Source: Escherichia coli (lineage in GTDB: Bacteria; Pseudomonadota; Gammaproteobacteria; Enterobacterales; Enterobacteriaceae). Taken from it: a DNA stretch of 1,978 bases. The stretch is taken from assembly GCF_003334255.1 (NCBI RefSeq), contig NZ_QOWU01000142.1, one strand, 5' to 3'. Every line of letters begins with the position of its first letter. The first letter of the stretch is position 1. Shown piece after piece: positions 1 to 1,978 of this stretch. Under the pieces are notes generated by a model. That model searched no databases. It saw only the letters and a list, made by a program, of their open reading frames with translations, and was not told the origin of the DNA. Made by a program: the position numbers and the translations under genes.

Positions 1-658
1 TTGTGCGCTGCTTCAGTATGCTGATGGCTGTCTGTTCTCCCGGTACGATGTCACTCTCACGGTATACGGAGCGGATTTTTTCCACCGGTAATCCCAGCGA
101 ACGACGCAATACAGACTCCGGAAGCGCATCAGCCACCTGATGACAAACCGCCCACCAGCATAACTCTGCCAGCGACAGTTCCCGCTCCTGTGTGCCATTC
201 ATTGCGTGACGTATGACATCAATCATCCTGGCTGCCAGATTCTGCTGAGCAAGTTGATCGAGTGATTCTGATGTCTGGTCGCGCAGCTGGTTGTCACAGT
301 GCCAGCACAACACCATCGCGCCGGTACCGTAACGGTGAATGACGGTTTCGCTGTGATGATAATCACCGTGTGGCCACTGGCAGGATTTCACGTGACGTAA
401 TAACCAGTCAGACAGTGCACCAGCGCCACCCGCAGCACGAATCACCCGTTCGTTGCTGAAAAATGGCAGTAATGTTTTATCCTCTGCCAGCGGCTGTCGA
501 ACGGCAGGAACGACTCCGGACGGCAGATTACGCATGCTTTTCGGTTCCGGCTCCACCAGTACCCGGGTATTGTGGAATACCGGCATGGATTCACGGCCCG
601 GCTTAACGATCACCAGCCCGAGTTCCGGTACCAGAACAGGTCGAAGTAATACCCGCAC
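1..658 (-). CDS. DUF968-family (YdfU-like) lambdoid-prophage protein, N-terminal 219 codons; the 3' end continues past the left edge of the window
   Basis: The minus-strand frame is open from GTG (658-656) to position 2 with no stop: 219 codons beginning (M)RVLLRPVLVPELGLVIVKPGRESMPVFHNTRVLVEPEPKSMRNLPSGVVPAVRQPLAEDKTLLPFFSNERVIRAAGGAGALSDWLLRHVKSCQWPHGDYHHSETVIHRYGTGAMVLCWHCDNQLRDQ... GGAGGT (667-662) lies 3 nt upstream of the GTG. The N-terminus and the CQWPHGDYHH...LCWHCDNQL block match what I remember of DUF968 proteins found next to the Q antiterminator in E. coli prophages (memory, not searched). The ORF track omits it because no stop codon falls in the window. An alternative start is ATG at codon 25. 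Confidence 0.85.
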   Translation of the reverse strand, partial: MRVLLRPVLVPELGLVIVKPGRESMPVFHNTRVLVEPEPKSMRNLPSGVVPAVRQPLAEDKTLLPFFSNERVIRAAGGAGALSDWLLRHVKSCQWPHGDYHHSETVIHRYGTGAMVLCWHCDNQLRDQTSESLDQLAQQNLAARMIDVIRHAMNGTQERELSLAELCWWAVCHQVADALPESVLRRSLGLPVEKIRSVYRESDIVPGEQTAISILKQRT

Positions 659-659
659 G

Positions 660-938
660 TTACCTCCAGATGCGTTGCAGGAATGTGCGGGACGGACGCG
701 GTGGGCGTTCAGAGTAAGGAAGCCTGACGGAGATTATCCAGTGACGATAATCGAGGCTGAGGGTTTTCCTAAACTCATACCCACGTCTGCGGTAGTTCTG
801 AATCAGCCATTCGGCCTGTTCTTCAGTGCATGGGGCGTGCTGTAACCTGTCAGATTTGAATGCATGAGAACGCCGCCCGTGCCTGCTGGCAAAGACGGCT
901 GAATTATCAGAATTGTATAATTTGGTATCGTGCGCCAT
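660..938 (-). CDS. Hypothetical 92-aa basic protein, apparently translationally coupled to the downstream DUF968 gene
   Basis: ATG at 938-936 to TAA at 662-660: MAHDTKLYNSDNSAVFASRHGRRSHAFKSDRLQHAPCTEEQAEWLIQNYRRRGYEFRKTLSLDYRHWIISVRLPYSERPPRPSRTFLQRIWR. Its TAA stop sits between the GGAGG and the GTG start of the next gene (GGAGGTAACGTG). The Shine-Dalgarno site is weak (GAGA), and I recognise no family. It occupies the position between hok and the DUF968 gene that rem occupies in the K-12 Qin prophage (positional analogy only, from memory). Confidence 0.5.
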   Translation of the reverse strand: MAHDTKLYNSDNSAVFASRHGRRSHAFKSDRLQHAPCTEEQAEWLIQNYRRRGYEFRKTLSLDYRHWIISVRLPYSERPPRPSRTFLQRIWR

Positions 939-1010
939 CGGTTGTCTCTGCTGGCGCAGCAGGTGCCAGTTGTTCAGGCTGGCGTGCGAATTGTAAACCA
1001 GAATGCCAGG

Positions 1011-1037
1011 AAAAAACAAAACCCGCCGAAGCGGGTT
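1011..1037 (-). terminator. Rho-independent terminator at the 3' end of the hok mRNA
   Basis: On the minus strand: a 7-bp stem AACCCGC / GCGGGTT (1037-1031 pairs with 1026-1020) with a UUCG tetraloop (1030-1027), followed by UUGUUUUUU (1019-1011). Confidence 0.8.
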
Positions 1038-1041
1038 AAGT

Positions 1042-1056
1042 GCGGGTGCGTTGAGG
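1042..1056 (-). promoter_or_regulatory. fbi-like (fold-back inhibition) 3' element of the hok mRNA
   Basis: The minus-strand RNA CCUCAACGCACCCGC is complementary, with one bulged C, to the predicted 5' end of the hok mRNA, GCGGGUGCUUGAGG (1432-1419). This is the arrangement known for plasmid R1 hok mRNA, where the 3' fbi pairs with the 5' tac. Confidence 0.65.
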
Positions 1057-1105
1057 ATGCCTGACTCATCAGAGGTGGCGAGGGATTTCTCCCCCGCCAG
1101 GTCTC

Positions 1106-1261
1106 TTACTCCTCAGGTTCGTAAGCTGTGAAGACAGTGACCTCCGTCTGGCCGGTTCGGATTCGTACCTCGCAGAGGTCTTTCCTCGTTACCAGTGCCG
1201 TCACAATGACGGTAATACAGATGACGATCAGGGCGACTAACATCGCCTTTTGCTGCTTCAT
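1106..1261 (-). CDS. hok: Hok/Gef-family type I toxin, 51 aa
   Basis: MKQQKAMLVALIVICITVIVTALVTRKDLCEVRIRTGQTEVTVFTAYEPEE. It has a short basic N-terminus, one transmembrane helix and the conserved TRKxLCExR...GxxEVxxFxAYE tail. From memory it is nearly identical to E. coli HokD/RelF and close to HokC/Gef. ATG at 1261-1259 is preceded by AAGGAG (1276-1271) with a 9-nt spacer. The stop is TAA at 1108-1106. Confidence 0.93.
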   Translation of the reverse strand: MKQQKAMLVALIVICITVIVTALVTRKDLCEVRIRTGQTEVTVFTAYEPEE

Positions 1262-1318
1262 AGCCTGCTTCTCCTTGCCTTTCGGCGTGTAAGAGGCTAA
1301 CCTACATGTGACTAGCAT
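1106..1318 (-). CDS. mok: Mok-like leader reading frame (70 aa), an in-frame N-terminal extension of hok through which hok translation is coupled
   Basis: ATG at 1318-1316 (MLVTCRLASYTPKGKEKQA followed by the Hok sequence), with GAGG (1330-1327) 8 nt upstream. The in-frame layout matches my memory of chromosomal mokC/hokC. Both the start codon and the Shine-Dalgarno site lie inside the region covered by the antisense Sok-like RNA. Confidence 0.65.
   Translation of the reverse strand: MLVTCRLASYTPKGKEKQAMKQQKAMLVALIVICITVIVTALVTRKDLCEVRIRTGQTEVTVFTAYEPEE
1275..1303 (+). promoter_or_regulatory. Sigma-70 promoter of the Sok-like antisense RNA
   Basis: TTGCCT (1275-1280), a 17-nt spacer, then TAACCT (1298-1303). 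The block CTCCTTGC...GTAAGAGGCTAACCT..ATGTGACTAGCAT runs parallel to the R1 sok promoter and start region as I remember it (CTCCTTGCGC...GTAAGAGGCTATCCTGATGTGGACTAGACAT). The -35 overlaps the hok Shine-Dalgarno site on the other strand. Confidence 0.65.
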
Positions 1319-1381
1319 GAAATTGGCCTCAGATTAATGTTAAGCGTCCTGCAAGACGCATAATGTTAACTGGGGCTTTTC
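1308..1381 (+). ncRNA. sok: Sok-like antisense RNA (type I antitoxin), about 70 nt
   Basis: The start is predicted 5-7 nt downstream of the -10. A single-stranded 5' tail (about 1308-1325) is followed by a long imperfect hairpin (1326-1376) and a UUUU tail. The RNA is fully complementary to the hok mRNA leader, including the mok start codon (1316-1318) and the mok Shine-Dalgarno site (1327-1330). Confidence 0.75.
1326..1381 (+). terminator. Sok stem-loop and intrinsic terminator
   Basis: GCCTCAG (1326-1332) pairs with CTGGGGC (1370-1376). The inner stem TTAATGTTAAGCGTC (1334-1348) pairs with GACGCATAATGTTAA (1355-1369), with one A.A mismatch and two G.U pairs. The loop is CTGCAA, and TTTTCT follows (1377-1382). 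Confidence 0.7.
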
Positions 1382-1382
1382 T

Positions 1383-1418
1383 CTGTCTGCCTTACGGTGG
1401 CATGCCCGAGGCAGACAG
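1383..1418 (-). other. 5' leader hairpin of the hok mRNA
   Basis: A perfect 9-bp inverted repeat, CTGTCTGCC (1383-1391) with GGCAGACAG (1410-1418), around an 18-nt loop containing the self-complementary GGCATGCC. It corresponds to the GGCUxUCUGCC...GGCAGAxAG leader hairpin I recall from R1 hok mRNA. Confidence 0.6.
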
Positions 1419-1432
1419 CCTCAAGCACCCGC
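1419..1432 (-). promoter_or_regulatory. tac-like 5'-terminal element of the hok mRNA
   Basis: The minus-strand RNA GCGGGUGCUUGAGG lies at the predicted 5' end. It resembles the R1 hok 5' end (GGCGCUUGAGG, from memory) and is complementary to 1042-1056. Confidence 0.65.
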
Positions 1433-1436
1433 AGCA

Positions 1437-1464
1437 ATTCTACTTAACTCTCGCTTTACCGCAA
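1437..1464 (-). promoter_or_regulatory. Candidate sigma-70 promoter of the hok/mok mRNA
   Basis: On the minus strand: TTGCGG (1464-1459), a 16-nt spacer, then TAGAAT (1442-1437). The predicted start near 1430-1432 coincides with the tac-like element. Together with the terminator this gives an mRNA of about 420 nt, in the size range known for hok mRNAs. Confidence 0.55.
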
Positions 1465-1476
1465 ACCGTTTTTACC

Positions 1477-1498
1477 CGATATGGGAATTCCCATATCG
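1477..1498. repeat. 22-bp perfect palindrome CGATATGGGAATTCCCATATCG, function unknown
   Basis: Exact self-complementarity, checked base by base and centred on GAATTC. It lies 12 bp upstream of the hok -35 and 8 bp downstream of the 34-aa ORF stop. The confidence value refers to the repeat existing, not to any function. Confidence 0.95.
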
Positions 1499-1506
1499 TA
1501 ATGAAT

Positions 1507-1611
1507 TCAGTTCCCTAGTCGATCCATCAAAAACACAACCAGGCAGTAAACACCCACAACAGCAATAACAGCCAGCGCACCTTCCATTGCCAGTGAGATA
1601 TCATCCGACAC
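1507..1611 (-). CDS. Candidate 34-aa single-pass membrane micro-protein
   Basis: GTG at 1611-1609 to TGA at 1509-1507: (M)SDDISLAMEGALAVIAVVGVYCLVVFLMDRLGN. AAGGAGGG (1622-1615) lies upstream; the AGGAGG core ends 4 nt before the GTG. The peptide has an acidic N-terminus followed by an 18-residue hydrophobic helix. This frame has a strong first-position G bias (GCG CTG GCT GTT ATT GCT GTT GTG GGT GTT), which favours it over the overlapping ATG frame. Confidence 0.5.
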   Translation of the reverse strand: MSDDISLAMEGALAVIAVVGVYCLVVFLMDRLGN

Positions 1612-1646
1612 ATTCCCTCCTTTGGTGTTAATCCCGGCGAACGCTT

Positions 1647-1730
1647 TTACCCACACCGACAAATAACATATACTAAAAAAGCGATAGCCATAGCAACGCC
1701 TGTAATTGCAAATGCTTCAGGCCAGATCAT
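1647..1730 (-). CDS. Candidate 27-aa hydrophobic micro-protein, translationally coupled to the DUF551 gene
   Basis: ATG at 1730-1728 overlaps the TGA stop (1729-1727) of the upstream gene as ATGA. GGAGG (1742-1738) lies 7 nt upstream. The peptide is MIWPEAFAITGVAMAIAFLVYVICRCG, with a TAA stop at 1649-1647, and is essentially one transmembrane helix. Confidence 0.55.
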   Translation of the reverse strand: MIWPEAFAITGVAMAIAFLVYVICRCG

Positions 1731-1978
1731 TGGCGCACCTCCTGCGGCGGTTCTGGTAACGGCATCCAGTCGGTTACATTGCGGCTCTGTGTTTCGAAAA
1801 ATTCATCACCATTACGGACTACATCAAAAAACTCACCGTCTCGATATTGCGCATAAAGAACGAATGCGCCATCACATAAAATAATTACGTGCTGACCATC
1901 ATCCGGCATTCGCTCACTACAGCTTATCCAACCATCCGGAGTTACCGGAGAGTTGCCCGATAGTGCATTCTGCTCCAG
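1727..1978 (-). CDS. DUF551-like phage protein, C-terminal 83 codons; the 5' end probably lies beyond the right edge
   Basis: The frame is open from 1978 to TGA at 1729-1727: LEQNALSGNSPVTPDGWISCSERMPDDGQHVIILCDGAFVLYAQYRDGEFFDVVRNGDEFFETQSRNVTDWMPLPEPPQEVRQ. The pattern GWISxxERMP...V(I/L)(I/L)...VTxWMPLPEPP is what I recall for DUF551. The domain begins upstream of the ATG (1909-1907) used by the ORF track, and that ATG has no good Shine-Dalgarno site, so the real start is probably outside the window. Confidence 0.8.
   Translation of the reverse strand: MEQNALSGNSPVTPDGWISCSERMPDDGQHVIILCDGAFVLYAQYRDGEFFDVVRNGDEFFETQSRNVTDWMPLPEPPQEVRQ

Noticed and set aside
13-198. The 61-aa minus-strand ORF in the supplied track
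   Set aside because: It lies entirely inside the DUF968 coding region in a different frame. Its Arg/Trp-rich product has no recognisable features, and the DUF968 frame is open across the whole 658 nt.
453-845. The 130-aa plus-strand ORF in the supplied track
   Set aside because: It starts at TTG with no Shine-Dalgarno site and runs antisense across the junction of two better-supported minus-strand genes (DUF968 and the 92-aa ORF). Its product is a low-complexity Ser/Thr/Gly/Arg-rich sequence typical of a shadow ORF on the opposite strand of a real gene.
939-1019. The N-terminal 27-codon extension (MFFPGILVYNSHASLNNWHLLRQQRQP) of the 119-aa ORF
   Set aside because: Its start is a TTG located inside the U-tract of the hok terminator and has no Shine-Dalgarno site. 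The first ATG (938) is the more plausible start. A TACAAT hexamer on the minus strand (995-990) was considered as a -10 for this gene, but it has no acceptable -35, so I do not call a promoter.
1106-1318. Reading the 70-aa ORF as a single long Hok protein
   Set aside because: Hok-family toxins are about 50 aa. The internal ATG at 1261 has its own AAGGAG site and yields the canonical 51-aa toxin. The longer frame is better interpreted as the Mok coupling frame.
1477-1498. The palindrome as a standard rho-independent terminator
   Set aside because: No U-tract follows the hairpin in either transcriptional direction, and the stem is AT-rich. I keep it as an unexplained dyad (see findings) rather than annotating a terminator.
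1402-1518. A 38-aa plus-strand ORF (MPEADSLKHPQQFYLTLALPQTVFTRYGNSHIVMNSVP) across the hok promoter and leader region
   Set aside because: It has no usable Shine-Dalgarno site. It runs through regulatory RNA elements, the palindrome and the end of a minus-strand ORF, and it shows no coding periodicity. It is most likely fortuitous.
1-1978. A search for tRNA or rRNA genes, CRISPR repeats, IS-element inverted repeats or att-like direct repeats
   Set aside because: I found no periodic direct repeats, no cloverleaf-compatible segments and no terminal inverted repeats flanking a transposase-like ORF. The only long-range repeats are the RNA-structure elements of the hok locus.

Overview
Every protein-coding gene I can support lies on the minus strand. 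The window reads like an accessory (nin/moron-type) segment of an enterobacterial lambdoid prophage. From right to left, in minus-strand gene order, it contains: (1) the C-terminal 83 codons of a DUF551-like protein (1727-1978, reading frame open to the right edge); (2) two very small hydrophobic peptides (27 aa at 1647-1730 and 34 aa at 1507-1611), each with a strong Shine-Dalgarno site, the first overlapping the DUF551 stop codon in an ATGA; (3) a 22-bp perfect palindrome (1477-1498); (4) a complete hok/mok/sok type I toxin-antitoxin locus (about 1011-1464) with promoter, 5' tac-like element, leader hairpin, Sok-like antisense RNA on the plus strand with its own promoter and terminator, Mok frame, 51-aa Hok toxin, 3' fbi-like element and a terminator; (5) a 92-aa basic ORF (660-938); and (6) the first 219 codons of a Cys/His-rich DUF968/YdfU-like prophage protein (1-658). 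That last gene starts at a GTG and runs off the left edge, so the ORF track does not list it because it has no stop codon inside the window. The plus-strand 130-aa ORF and the 61-aa minus ORF in the track are shadow ORFs of these genes. I see no tRNA, rRNA, CRISPR array or IS element. I cannot show a wholly new system from sequence alone. The least-explained pieces are the tandem micro-peptides upstream of hok, the perfect palindrome next to the hok promoter, and the 92-aa ORF coupled to the DUF968 gene. All family assignments come from motif recognition and memory; no database search was run.
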